From positions 1 through 50,297 of the forward strand of contig CAJYAP010000005.1 of NCBI GenBank assembly GCA_913065025.1: 50,297 bases of DNA, read 5' to 3'. Numbering within the stretch: the first letter of the stretch is position 1; each line of letters begins with the position of its first letter. The notes beneath the pieces are model-generated. The model had not been told where the DNA came from, ran no database searches, and saw only the letters and a program-made list of their open reading frames with translations. The DNA is from an uncultured Gammaproteobacteria bacterium. GTDB taxonomy: Bacteria > Pseudomonadota > Gammaproteobacteria > Poriferisulfidales > GCA-002705445. This document shows, in pieces, positions 1 to 9,958 of this stretch. The translations under genes and the position numbers were made by a program.

Positions 1-86
1 GATAGAAAAAATAAATAAATTATTTTTATATACTGCTTAACTTATGTATATAATAATTCTTAATTAAATAATTTAAGAGAACTCTT

Positions 87-1433
87 ATGTCTAGTGAAAG
101 TCAGATCTTAAAACTTAATGCAATAACCGAGTCTCTAAACTCTGGAGCAATGATTAAAGCTAAATTAATACTTAATGGCCTTCATCCTGCAGAGATTGCT
201 AGATTATTGGAAAGTTCTCCAACGAGACAAAGAAGATTAATTTGGGAGATGCTTGACCATGATAATGATGGTGAAGTTCTTTTAGAAGTTGGGGAGGAAG
301 TACGAAGTAATTTAATGGAATCAATGGATGAGAAATCCCTTTTAGCTGCAACTAAAGGGTTGGATGTAGATGATCTTGCAGATCTTTTAGAAGAACTGCC
401 GGAAACGGTTGTAACTCAAGCTTTGCAAGGTATGGATTATCAGTACAGAACTCGCTTAGAAGCAGTAATGAACTATAATGAGGATACTGCTGGCGGTCTA
501 ATGAATACAGACACAATCACCATTAGGCCTGATGTTACATTAGATGTAGTTCTAAAATACTTAAGATTAAAAAAAGAAATACCACAAAATACAGATAATA
601 TTATTGTAGTTGATAGATATAATCATTACTTAGGAATATTGTCGGTGACTAATTTATTATGTGCTGACCCAGAAAAAACTGTATCTGAATCTATGAATAG
701 AAATTATATTTCCATTAGATCAAATGCCTTTGCAAGCGATGTTGTAAATATTTTTGAGGATAGAGATTTAGTATCAGCTCCTGTAGTTGATAAAAATAAT
801 ATACTTCTTGGAAGAATTACAATTGATGACGTTGTAGATGTAATTCGTGAAGAAAGTGAAAGCGCTGTCCTAAATATGGCAGGTTTAACTGATGAGGAAG
901 ATATTTTTGCACCTATTTTACCTTCAACTAGAAGAAGAGCAATTTGGCTTGGTATAAATTTAATTACTGCACTAATAGCTTCAGGAGTTATTAGTTTATT
1001 CCAAGATACAATAGAAAAAGTAGTAGCTCTCGCTGTTTTAATGCCAATAGTTGCAAGCATGGGAGGTATCGCTGGATCTCAAACTCTAACTTTGGTAATT
1101 AGAGGTATAGCTCTTGGTAATATAAGCTCTACAAACTCAAAATCTTTATTAATTAAAGAAATCTCTGTTGGTCTTTTAAATAGTTTTTTATGGGCAAGCG
1201 TAATTGGAGTTTTATCTTCTTATTGGTTTGACAACTATTTAATAGGAGTTGTTATTGGTATAGCAATGATTGCCAACCTCTTTTTTGCAGCACTATCCGG
1301 AGTTTTAGTTCCCATTATACTTAAAAAAATAGGTGCGGATCCAGCGCTAGGGGGAGGAGTAATTCTTACTACGATTACTGATGTAATAGGATTTTTTTCT
1401 TTTCTTGCTCTAGGTACAATTTTTCTTCTCTAA
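87..1433 (+). CDS. mgtE: Magnesium transporter MgtE
   Basis: N-terminal LHPAEIA...DDLADLL domain, CBS pair (TAGGLM, GRITIDDVVD), membrane domain with MPIVASMGGIAGSQT and ADPALGGG..TTITD motifs. Confidence 0.96.
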   Translation: MSSESQILKLNAITESLNSGAMIKAKLILNGLHPAEIARLLESSPTRQRRLIWEMLDHDNDGEVLLEVGEEVRSNLMESMDEKSLLAATKGLDVDDLADLLEELPETVVTQALQGMDYQYRTRLEAVMNYNEDTAGGLMNTDTITIRPDVTLDVVLKYLRLKKEIPQNTDNIIVVDRYNHYLGILSVTNLLCADPEKTVSESMNRNYISIRSNAFASDVVNIFEDRDLVSAPVVDKNNILLGRITIDDVVDVIREESESAVLNMAGLTDEEDIFAPILPSTRRRAIWLGINLITALIASGVISLFQDTIEKVVALAVLMPIVASMGGIAGSQTLTLVIRGIALGNISSTNSKSLLIKEISVGLLNSFLWASVIGVLSSYWFDNYLIGVVIGIAMIANLFFAALSGVLVPIILKKIGADPALGGGVILTTITDVIGFFSFLALGTIFLL

Positions 1434-1676
1434 TTAAAATTTCTTTTTAATTACTTTCTTAGCTGACTCAGATAGTGATGAGGTTGTTTCTTTGAACTTT
1501 TTTAATAATTTTTTTGCCCATATAAATTCGGTTGCTAATATAGCTAAACCTACAGGGATAACAATAATTGCTGGGCCTGGTGTGAAAAATAATATACACC
1601 CTATTAACACAACAGAAGTACCTATCAAAAATGTAGCTAATCTTCTTATTTGTTTATACAGTATTTCCGGTGTCAT
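1434..1676 (-). CDS. Small membrane protein, PGPGW-domain family
   Basis: Two hydrophobic segments flanking TPGPA, followed by GLAILATEFIWAKKLL, typical of the PGPGW family; lies 7 bp downstream of dcd. Confidence 0.75.
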   Translation of the reverse strand: MTPEILYKQIRRLATFLIGTSVVLIGCILFFTPGPAIIVIPVGLAILATEFIWAKKLLKKFKETTSSLSESAKKVIKKKF

Positions 1677-1683
1677 ATTAAAT

Positions 1684-2247
1684 TTACTTAGGTAAAGTTA
1701 CTCCTGTCTGTTTTTGATACTTTCCACCCCTGTCTTTATATGAAGTTTCGCATACAGTATCAGATTCAAAAAATAACATTTGCGCCACACCCTCATTAGC
1801 ATAAATTTTTGCTGGTAGCGGTGTTGTATTTGAGAATTCTAGTGTTACATGACCCTCCCACTCCGGCTCTAGAGGAGTAACATTGACAATTATGCCGCAT
1901 CTGGCATAAGTAGATTTACCAAGGCAAATTGTTAAAATTGATCTAGGAATTTTAAAATATTCAACTGTTGAAGCTAAAGCAAAAGAATTAGGAGGTACAA
2001 TACATGTGTCACCTTCAAAATCTACAAAACTATTCTTATCAAATTTTTTAGGGTCAACTACCGCCGAATTTATATTTGTAAATACTTTAAACATACTGGA
2101 ACATCTTACATCATATCCATAGCTAGAAACTCCATATGATATAACTTTTTCGCCTGATAAAGCTTTTACTTGCTCTGGCTCAAAAGGAGATATCATATCC
2201 TCCTCTTTAGCCATTTGTTTAATCCATGTATCAGGCTTAATTGACAT
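1684..2247 (-). CDS. dcd: dCTP deaminase
   Basis: [32 protein letters not shown] and YANEGVAQ motifs. Confidence 0.97.
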   Translation of the reverse strand: MSIKPDTWIKQMAKEEDMISPFEPEQVKALSGEKVISYGVSSYGYDVRCSSMFKVFTNINSAVVDPKKFDKNSFVDFEGDTCIVPPNSFALASTVEYFKIPRSILTICLGKSTYARCGIIVNVTPLEPEWEGHVTLEFSNTTPLPAKIYANEGVAQMLFFESDTVCETSYKDRGGKYQKQTGVTLPK

Positions 2248-2251
2248 AATG

Positions 2252-3337
2252 TTAGTTATTATCTATTACAATTTTTGGAAATTTAGCACTATAATCTTTA
2301 GCTTGAGCTGCTAATTTTCCGGCTGCTTTTCTCGCTATTTCTCCATATATCTCTGCTATTCTTCCACTTGGATCAAAAACTACACTCGGTTTACCCGTAT
2401 CAGTTTGCTCTCTTATAGATTTATCTAAAGGTAACTGCCCTAATAAATCAACTTTACTTTCATCGGCTAGAGAAGTACCACCTCCTTCCCCGAATATTGA
2501 CTCTTCATTTCCACATTCACTACAAATATGTAAACTCATATTTTCAACAATTCCAAGAACTGGGACCTCGACTTTTTCAAACATTTTCAAACCTTTTCTG
2601 GCATCTAGAAGAGCAATATTTTGTGGTGTTGTAACTATGATTGATCCACTTACTGGAATTTTTTGTGCCAATGTTAATTGAACATCGCCTGTGCCTGGAG
2701 GCAAATCTATAATAAGATAATCAAGTTCACGCCACTGGGTATCTGTTAATAGCTGCTCCAAAGCCTGAGTTACCATGGGCCCTCTCCATATCATAGGCGT
2801 TTCTTCGTCAATCAAAAATCCAATAGACATAGCTTGTAGTCCATGATTTTCCATTGGTTCCAATGACTTGCCATCTTGAGAATCTGGCTGGCCAGATAAT
2901 CCCATCATTCTAGGTATACTTGGACCATATATATCAGCATCCAAAATTCCTACATTTGAACCCTCTGCCGCCAAAGCTAAAGCAATATTTACAGCTGTAG
3001 TAGACTTACCTACACCACCTTTACCTGAAGCAACCGCAATAACATTTTTTATATTTTGCATTGGTTGTAAGCTTTTTTGTACAGAATGGCTCTCAATTTT
3101 CCATGTGATCTCAACTGTGCCGCATGTTATTTTGTCAGACGATAATCTATCAATTATCATATGATTTAGTGTTTCAGCATAATTTTTAGCTGGGTAACCT
3201 AAGCATATTTTTAAATTTGCCTTGTTATCTACCAAATCGATTGATTCTACTGACTTAGTATCAACTAGACTTTTCCCTGTATTTGGATCAGTCAATTTTT
3301 TGAGTGATTCAACGACCATGCTTTCAGTCAACGACAT
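2252..3337 (-). CDS. apbC: Fe-S cluster carrier ATPase ApbC/Mrp
   Basis: [11 protein letters not shown] Walker [22 protein letters not shown] and C-terminal CxxC; divergent from metG as is common in Proteobacteria. Confidence 0.96.
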   Translation of the reverse strand: MSLTESMVVESLKKLTDPNTGKSLVDTKSVESIDLVDNKANLKICLGYPAKNYAETLNHMIIDRLSSDKITCGTVEITWKIESHSVQKSLQPMQNIKNVIAVASGKGGVGKSTTAVNIALALAAEGSNVGILDADIYGPSIPRMMGLSGQPDSQDGKSLEPMENHGLQAMSIGFLIDEETPMIWRGPMVTQALEQLLTDTQWRELDYLIIDLPPGTGDVQLTLAQKIPVSGSIIVTTPQNIALLDARKGLKMFEKVEVPVLGIVENMSLHICSECGNEESIFGEGGGTSLADESKVDLLGQLPLDKSIREQTDTGKPSVVFDPSGRIAEIYGEIARKAAGKLAAQAKDYSAKFPKIVIDNN

Positions 3338-3417
3338 TATTTTCTCCTTTTGATTTAAATACTTTAATACTTAACTTTAACAATATTATATACTAGTTCA
3401 TATATTTTGGAGAGAAA

Positions 3418-5412
3418 ATGAAAACAAATAATAAAATATTGGTAACAAGTGCCTTACCTTATGCAAATGGCCCAATTCACCTGGGACACCTTGTAGAATA
3501 TATACAAACTGATATTTGGGTTAGATTCAACAAGACTATTGGCAATGATGTTGTATATATTTGTGCAGATGATGCACATGGTACTCCAATAATGCTTAAA
3601 GCAAAAGAACAAGGAATATCTCCAGAAGAATTAATTGAAAAAACAAAAAATAACCACGAGGCCGATTTCAAAAAGTTTTTTATTAATTTTGATCATTACT
3701 CTTCTACAAATTCAAAAAAAAATGAAGAGCTTTGTAAAAAAATATTTATCAAATTGAAAGAATCTGGACATATATCTCAAAAAATAATTTCACAATTTTA
3801 TGATGATAAAGAAAATATTTTTTTACCAGATAGATACATAAAAGGAATATGCCCAAAATGTAAGGCAGAAGATCAATATGGTGATTCATGTGAAAGTTGT
3901 GGAGCAACATATTCACCAACAGAATTAATAAACCCAGTATCAATCTTATCTAATACAAAGCCCATGACTAAGGATACAAATCACTACTTTTTTAATTTAA
4001 AAAGTTTTAAAGATTATCTAATTAAATGGACAAAAGAACATGATCTTCAGGCAACTATAAGAAATAAATTAAATGAGTGGCTAAATGATAATTTAAATGA
4101 TTGGGATATCACTAGAGATGCTCCTTATTTTGGCTTCAAAATTCCTAACGAAGAAGATAAATACTTTTATGTTTGGATGGATGCTCCCATAGGATATATT
4201 GCTGCTTTTGAAGAATATTCTGAAAAGAATAATAGATTTGAAGGTATTTGGAATAATGAAGATAAAGGTCAAATTTACCATTTTATAGGAAAAGATATTG
4301 CTTACTTCCACTCACTTTTTTGGCCTTCAATTTTAAATGGTGCTGGCTACAGAACGCCAAATGGGATTTTTTGCCATGGCTTTTTAACAGTGGATGGAAA
4401 GAAAATGTCGAAGTCACGGGGGACTTTTATTAAGGCTTCTGATTATCTTAATTATCTTGATCCTGAATTCTTGAGATATTATTTTGCAAGTAGGCTAAAT
4501 GATAGTATTGAAGATATAGATCTCAACTTTGATGATTTAACTAAAAAGATTAATAGTGACTTAGTTGGAAAGTTAATAAATCTTGCCAGCAGATGTTCTG
4601 CGTTTTTAGAAAAAAATTCTAAATTGATGCTGTCGAAAGAATTAGAGGATAAAGAAAAATTTTTAAGTTTTCTAAATAACATTGAAGAAATAAAGAATCT
4701 CTATTATCAAAGAAAATACAGTAGTGCTATTAATAAGATAATGTTGATGACTGATACAGCTAATCAATATATAAACGAAAAGAAACCATGGTCGTTAGAC
4801 GACTTAGACAAAGTTCAGGAAATTTCAACACAGGGATTAAACTATTTTAGAACTTTAGTTATTTTATTATCGCCAGTTATGCCCGACCTCTTAGAAAAAG
4901 TAGAAAATATGTTAAACGAGGAAAATTTAGTATGGAACGATAGTTTATCACCTATACTAAACAAAAAAATTAAAAAATTTACAACATTAAAAAATCGAAT
5001 TCAAAAAGAAGATGTCGAAAAATTAAAAGAAGGACTAATGAAAAATAATAATAATAAACAAGATATGAAGGTGCCTAATATGAGTAATGAAATTGAATAC
5101 GATGACTTTGCTAAAGTTAATCTTAGAGTTGGAGAGATAGTAAGCGCAGAAAATATTGAAGGTGCTGACAAACTTTTAAAGCTAACCGTAAATCTAGGAA
5201 CTCTTGGAGATAAAGAAATTTTTGCTGGTATAAAAAAATTTTACAATTCAGAGGACTTGATTGGTTTGAAAACATTAGTGGTTGAAAATTTAAAACCAAA
5301 GAAAATGAAATTTGGGACATCATCTGGGATGGTTCTAGCAGCAGATTCTGATGGCGATATTATTGTTATAGAAGCAAATAATAAAATTAAAAATGGGTCG
5401 AAAGTAAAATGA
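3418..5412 (+). CDS. metG: Methionine--tRNA ligase
   Basis: PYANG.IHLGH (HIGH), KMSKS, Zn-knuckle CPKC..CESC and C-terminal tRNA-binding OB domain. Confidence 0.98.
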   Translation: MKTNNKILVTSALPYANGPIHLGHLVEYIQTDIWVRFNKTIGNDVVYICADDAHGTPIMLKAKEQGISPEELIEKTKNNHEADFKKFFINFDHYSSTNSKKNEELCKKIFIKLKESGHISQKIISQFYDDKENIFLPDRYIKGICPKCKAEDQYGDSCESCGATYSPTELINPVSILSNTKPMTKDTNHYFFNLKSFKDYLIKWTKEHDLQATIRNKLNEWLNDNLNDWDITRDAPYFGFKIPNEEDKYFYVWMDAPIGYIAAFEEYSEKNNRFEGIWNNEDKGQIYHFIGKDIAYFHSLFWPSILNGAGYRTPNGIFCHGFLTVDGKKMSKSRGTFIKASDYLNYLDPEFLRYYFASRLNDSIEDIDLNFDDLTKKINSDLVGKLINLASRCSAFLEKNSKLMLSKELEDKEKFLSFLNNIEEIKNLYYQRKYSSAINKIMLMTDTANQYINEKKPWSLDDLDKVQEISTQGLNYFRTLVILLSPVMPDLLEKVENMLNEENLVWNDSLSPILNKKIKKFTTLKNRIQKEDVEKLKEGLMKNNNNKQDMKVPNMSNEIEYDDFAKVNLRVGEIVSAENIEGADKLLKLTVNLGTLGDKEIFAGIKKFYNSEDLIGLKTLVVENLKPKKMKFGTSSGMVLAADSDGDIIVIEANNKIKNGSKVK

Positions 5413-5738
5413 ATCAAAGACCAGTAGCATTTATAGATGAAAAAAATTGTATAGGTTGCGCAATTTGTATACAAGTATGTCCTTTTGATTCAATAATAGG
5501 TGCACAAAACTTTTCTCATAGAATTAATTTTAATGAATGTCCTGGATGTAAAATATGTATTTCCAAATGTCCAACTGACTGTATAAAAATTATTAAAATT
5601 AACCAAGACAAGAATGATATTAAAAAAAGAGTAAAATTTAATTATAATAGAAGAGAACGTAGAAAAAATAATATAGAAAAAAGATATTCTGAGAGTATAG
5701 AAAAACAATTGGAAGAAATTCTTAATTATCAAAAGTGA
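5409..5738 (+). CDS. 2x[4Fe-4S] ferredoxin resembling the C-terminal half of RnfB/RsxB
   Basis: Two CxxCxxCxxxCP motifs ([12 protein letters not shown]; [12 protein letters not shown]) plus a basic helical tail; ATGA overlap with the metG stop; no N-terminal membrane anchor. Confidence 0.8.
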   Translation: MNQRPVAFIDEKNCIGCAICIQVCPFDSIIGAQNFSHRINFNECPGCKICISKCPTDCIKIIKINQDKNDIKKRVKFNYNRRERRKNNIEKRYSESIEKQLEEILNYQK

Positions 5739-7147
5739 ATATTATTTTTATCTTTAAAAGAAAATGGATCAAACCACTTTAATTTATTATGAAGCTTAAC
5801 CACATCCCCAATAATTAATAATGTGGGTGGTATAATTTTATTTTCCTTAATTATTTTCGGCATGCTAAGTAAATCTCCAATTATTACTTCTTGATCTGCT
5901 GTAGTTCCTTTAACTATTAAAGCTGCTGGTGTTTTTTCTTTTAACCCATGTTTGATTAATTCTTCACATATGACTTTAGAACCATGCATACCCATATAAA
6001 AAACTAAAGTTTGCTTTTCGTGAGCTAACATTTTCCAATTTAAATTAACAGTGCCATCTCTTAGGTGTCCAGTAACAAAAATGCATGCCTGCGAATGATC
6101 TCTATGAGTTAATGGTATGCCAGCGTAACTCGCACATCCTGATGCTGCAGTTATTCCCGGTACAATTTGAAAAGGTATGTCGTCATTTATTAAACTTTCT
6201 ATCTCCTCACCGCCTCTTCCAAATATAAAAGGATCTCCTCCCTTGAGTCTCAAAACTTTCTTACCTTCAAGTGCTAAGCGAGCTAGTAATTCATTTATAT
6301 TTTCTTGTGGCATGGCGTGATCTGCTCTTTGTTTTCCAACATATATTTTCTCAGCATCCTGCCTTATTAAATTCATAATTGGTTCAGAAACTAATCTATC
6401 ATAAATTACCACATCTGCTTTCTGCATCAATCTTAATGCTTTAAAACTAAGTAGCTCTGGATCTCCTGGGCCTGCTCCTACAAGATAAACTTCACCATTT
6501 TTATCTGGGATTTTTTCTTCCTTAATAGATTTATCTAAGGCCTTTTTTGCTTTATCAATATGCCCTGATAAAACCATTTCAGATAACGGACCATCTAAAA
6601 ATGCCTCCCAAAAATTTCTTCGCTCTTTAATACTTGAAAAATGATCTTTTACTTTACTCCTATATTCCATCATTACTTCAGCTAATTTGCTAAATGAAAA
6701 AGGTATAACTGTTTCCAATTTCGTTTTAACTAAACGAGTTAATATTGGAGACGCTGCGCCAGATGAAATTGCTATTTTTATAGGATCTCTATCTACTACT
6801 GAAGGTATTAAAACGTTTCCATTGATAGAATCTTCAGCCATATTAATTAAAATATTCTTACCTTTTGCTATCTTTGCAATAAGCGCATTAGTATTTTTAT
6901 CGTTTGTTGCAGCAACGATTAAGAATTGGTCTTTTATGTCATTCTCTTCAAATTTTCGCTTTTCATGAATAAAATTTTTATTATCTTTTATAATATGCTC
7001 AATATCATCAATGATTTCAGGCGAAATCATTTTTACATTCATTTTAGATTTAAGAATTGGGATAAGCTTTCTACTGGCAACTTTTCCTCCACCTATAATC
7101 AAACATTTTTTGCCAGATGTATCTATAAATAAAGGCAAATAGTTCAT
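5729..7147 (-). CDS. cysG: Siroheme synthase CysG (multifunctional)
   Basis: N-terminal GGGKVASRK dehydrogenase/ferrochelatase domain; C-terminal [14 protein letters not shown] and [16 protein letters not shown] methyltransferase domain. Confidence 0.96.
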   Translation of the reverse strand: MNYLPLFIDTSGKKCLIIGGGKVASRKLIPILKSKMNVKMISPEIIDDIEHIIKDNKNFIHEKRKFEENDIKDQFLIVAATNDKNTNALIAKIAKGKNILINMAEDSINGNVLIPSVVDRDPIKIAISSGAASPILTRLVKTKLETVIPFSFSKLAEVMMEYRSKVKDHFSSIKERRNFWEAFLDGPLSEMVLSGHIDKAKKALDKSIKEEKIPDKNGEVYLVGAGPGDPELLSFKALRLMQKADVVIYDRLVSEPIMNLIRQDAEKIYVGKQRADHAMPQENINELLARLALEGKKVLRLKGGDPFIFGRGGEEIESLINDDIPFQIVPGITAASGCASYAGIPLTHRDHSQACIFVTGHLRDGTVNLNWKMLAHEKQTLVFYMGMHGSKVICEELIKHGLKEKTPAALIVKGTTADQEVIIGDLLSMPKIIKENKIIPPTLLIIGDVVKLHNKLKWFDPFSFKDKNNIHF

Positions 7148-7369
7148 TTTTTCTCCCCACTCATTATACTATTTTTGATAATAATTCTTACACTTAGCAA
7201 CTATAAAAGATATATTGCAAAGTAGGTGTTTAAATCCTTTATATATGCATCATTATCATTATTATATAGGTTTTTTTAAAATCAAATAAAAAATAGATAG
7301 CTGTTTACTTAAAACTATAGAATAATAAATACCTTAAGAATTGAAATTTTAATGCTAGGAGAATTGAAT

Positions 7370-8002
7370 ATGTCTATATCTAAAGAAGAATTAGAAAAAA
7401 TAATGGAAAAAAAATCTGGTATGCGAAGAGAAGCATATGACAGAAGAGCAGCTCAAGAGAATAAAGACGAAGTAAGCGCAAGTGCTTGTGAAAGGTTTAT
7501 GAGCCTTCCTGAGTATAAAAATGCTCAAGTCATAATGTGGTATATAGACTGTAGATCGGAAACAAGAACTAAACCTCATCTCATTAAAGAAGTTGAAAAG
7601 GGTGAAAAAAAAATTATTGTCCCTTATTGCACCGAAGATGAAAACGGAGAAAATAAGCTTGGTCTTTGGCATATGTCTAGTTTAGAAGAAATGGTAGTTG
7701 GTAAATGGGATATTTTAGAACCACCAAAAGAACTATGGGGAAATCCTGAAAAAGAAGTTACTCCACAAGAGCTTGATATGATAATGGTTCCTGGCACAGG
7801 TTTTGATAGAACTGGTGGAAGAATGGGGAATGGTCAAGGCTACTACGACAGAACTATGGAGCAAGTTAGGCCAGAATGTTCATTAGTAGCTCTTTGCTAT
7901 GAATCTCAGTTATTTGATGAAATTCTTGTCGCTCCTCATGACGTTTATATGGATAAAGTAGTTACAGAGTCTGATGTATACGAAGGCAAAGGAAGAGGTT
8001 AA
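7370..8002 (+). CDS. 5-formyltetrahydrofolate cyclo-ligase (methenyl-THF synthetase)
   Basis: ILEP, LDMIMVPGTGFDRTGGRMGNGQGYYDR and PHDVYMDKVVTE family motifs; ATG at 7370 follows an AGGAGA RBS at 7357-7362 (ORF track starts at 7352). Confidence 0.92.
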   Translation: MSISKEELEKIMEKKSGMRREAYDRRAAQENKDEVSASACERFMSLPEYKNAQVIMWYIDCRSETRTKPHLIKEVEKGEKKIIVPYCTEDENGENKLGLWHMSSLEEMVVGKWDILEPPKELWGNPEKEVTPQELDMIMVPGTGFDRTGGRMGNGQGYYDRTMEQVRPECSLVALCYESQLFDEILVAPHDVYMDKVVTESDVYEGKGRG

Positions 8003-8005
8003 ATT

Positions 8006-8929
8006 ATGACTGCAATTATAGACGACACATATGCTGAAGCTTTTAAAAGTATGTACTCTGAAGTACTTATTACTGCAATTAATAGAAAATGGCTAGATCA
8101 TGCTGTTAATGCTGCTACGGGAAATGCGTCAAGTAGTATTCTATGTGATTGTGAAGCTGGTCTGGATAGATATGTAGGGCCAGGTGGCGACGAAAGTGTT
8201 TCAACTCCTGATGGCAGACCTGGAGCAATAATACAGCTGCACATACCAAAATTTTGGAAAGATCCAAAAAAACTTGAGAAAGCTGCTTTAGTAAGAATCA
8301 GCCAAAATATTCTCACATGTCCTACTGCATCTTGCTTCAATCTTATGGAAGATAGCGAGTCTTATTTTAAACTTGGAAAAAAAGTTGCTTTTTTTGGCAA
8401 TAAATACCAAAAAAGAATAGAAAGGTTCGGAAGAAAAATGTGGTGGATACCTATATTAGGTGGTGAGTTTATCATGGATAGAAGGCTAGGATACTCTGAT
8501 GGTCTTATGGGTGGAAACCTATGGTACTTTGGTAAAAATACAAAATCAGCTTTAGAAGCTGCTGAAAAAGGTGTTGAGGCTATTTTGCCAATACCAGATG
8601 TTATTACTACTTTTCCTGGTGGTATTGCAGGTAGTGGGTCTAAAGCTGGAAGTGACTATGATTTTACAATAGCTAGCACATATGAGAAGTTCTGCCCTTT
8701 ACTTCAAGATAACCCTGATGTTGAAGCTGCTTTGCCTGAAGGAGTAAATTCAGTAATGGAAATTATAATGAATGGTAAAGATATGAGATCTATCATAATT
8801 GCTACTCAAGCAGCAATTGAAGCTTCTAAAGAAACTAAAGATTTACTTATGATTTCTGCAGGAAACTACAATGGTAAACTCGGTAAAAGTTTCATTTACC
8901 TTCACCCTGATAAGCAACCTGAAGCTTAA
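8006..8929 (+). CDS. Formylmethanofuran:tetrahydromethanopterin formyltransferase family protein (divergent Ftr/FhcD paralog)
   Basis: DDTYAEAF, CEAG, TPDGRPG, LTCPT, GGNL, FPGGI..SGSK and SAGNY.GKLG motifs of the Ftr family; no fhcA/B/C next to it. Confidence 0.9.
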   Translation: MTAIIDDTYAEAFKSMYSEVLITAINRKWLDHAVNAATGNASSSILCDCEAGLDRYVGPGGDESVSTPDGRPGAIIQLHIPKFWKDPKKLEKAALVRISQNILTCPTASCFNLMEDSESYFKLGKKVAFFGNKYQKRIERFGRKMWWIPILGGEFIMDRRLGYSDGLMGGNLWYFGKNTKSALEAAEKGVEAILPIPDVITTFPGGIAGSGSKAGSDYDFTIASTYEKFCPLLQDNPDVEAALPEGVNSVMEIIMNGKDMRSIIIATQAAIEASKETKDLLMISAGNYNGKLGKSFIYLHPDKQPEA

Positions 8930-8954
8930 ACTAAAAATAATTTAAAAGATTAAT

Positions 8955-9824
8955 ATGAAATATACAGAAAAAGGAACTTTGATATTAGATGGGAGATTTG
9001 TAGCTCAAGAAATGCAAACTTCTATTAAGAAAAAAATTGACGAATCAGGTGTGGATATTACACTCGCGACCGTTTTAGTAGGCGATGATAAACCAAGTCA
9101 GCTTTATGTAAACAACAAACATAAGCAAGCTACTGCCTCATCTATTAAGTCGTTACATGTAAATCTTCCAGGAGATATTTCTCAATTAGAACTGGAAAAT
9201 AAAATATCAGAGCTTGGAAATGACTCTTCCGTAAATGGTATCCTTATACAAATGCCTTTACCAAAAGGATTGAATGAAGATAGTGTCATTGAGATGATTC
9301 CTACCAATAAAGATGTTGATGGTCTTAAAGAACAAAATCTTGGTAAATTAATTGTTGGAAATGATGTGCTACGACCATGCACACCTCTAGGAGTTATGAA
9401 ATTAATAGAGTACTATAAGCTTGAGACAGTAGGTAAAAAAGCTTTAGTTATAGGTAGATCAAGACTAGTTGGAATGCCTCAAGTTATTATGTTTGGGTCA
9501 AAAGGAGTTGATTGCACTGTCACATTAGCTCATTCTAGAACAAAAGATTTAGATGAATTAATTTCAGAATCCGAAATTGTAGTGCCAGCAATTGGTGTGC
9601 CAGGTATTATAAATGCTAAAAACGTAAAAAAAGATGCTATTTTACTTGATGTTGGTATAAGTAGTGACGAAAAAGGTATTCACGGAGATGTTGATTTTGA
9701 TTCTGTAGATGGAATAGCAAAGGCTGTTACCCCTATGCCCGGAGGTACTGGCCCAATGACAGTTGCAAGCTTGCTTGAAAATACCATGAAAGCTGCTCAA
9801 CTTCAGGGTATAATCTCTTCTTAA
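8955..9824 (+). CDS. folD: Bifunctional methylene-THF dehydrogenase/methenyl-THF cyclohydrolase
   Basis: YVNNK, GILIQMPLP, KDVDG, PCTPLG, GRS..VG.P, GDVDF and TPMPGGTGPMT motifs. Confidence 0.95.
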   Translation: MKYTEKGTLILDGRFVAQEMQTSIKKKIDESGVDITLATVLVGDDKPSQLYVNNKHKQATASSIKSLHVNLPGDISQLELENKISELGNDSSVNGILIQMPLPKGLNEDSVIEMIPTNKDVDGLKEQNLGKLIVGNDVLRPCTPLGVMKLIEYYKLETVGKKALVIGRSRLVGMPQVIMFGSKGVDCTVTLAHSRTKDLDELISESEIVVPAIGVPGIINAKNVKKDAILLDVGISSDEKGIHGDVDFDSVDGIAKAVTPMPGGTGPMTVASLLENTMKAAQLQGIISS

Positions 9825-9853
9825 GTAGAATCTATAATGTTTATAATTAAAGG

Positions 9854-9882
9854 TTGAGCCTCACATAATGCTATGGCATTAT
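9854..9882 (+). promoter_or_regulatory. Candidate sigma70 promoter and overlapping palindromic operator upstream of sga
   Basis: TTGAGC (9854-9859), 17 bp spacer, TGnCATTAT extended -10; inverted repeat ATAATGC-N4-GCATTAT at 9865-9882. Confidence 0.35.
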
Positions 9883-9958
9883 TTACGCCTTATTTCATTT
9901 TAATAAAATATAGATTTCATTAAAATTTAACGAATTTAACAACTTAAAGGAAAATATT

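Noticed and set aside
7245-7263. Fur-box-like ATGCATCATTATCATTATT between cysG and the C1 cluster
   Set aside because: Only about 13/19 match to the consensus in very AT-rich DNA, which is not distinguishable from chance without a genome-wide model.
8006-8929. Evidence for methanogenesis or archaeal contamination
   Set aside because: Ftr-family genes are known in bacteria, and the gene is embedded seamlessly in a bacterial operon among gammaproteobacterial-type core genes.
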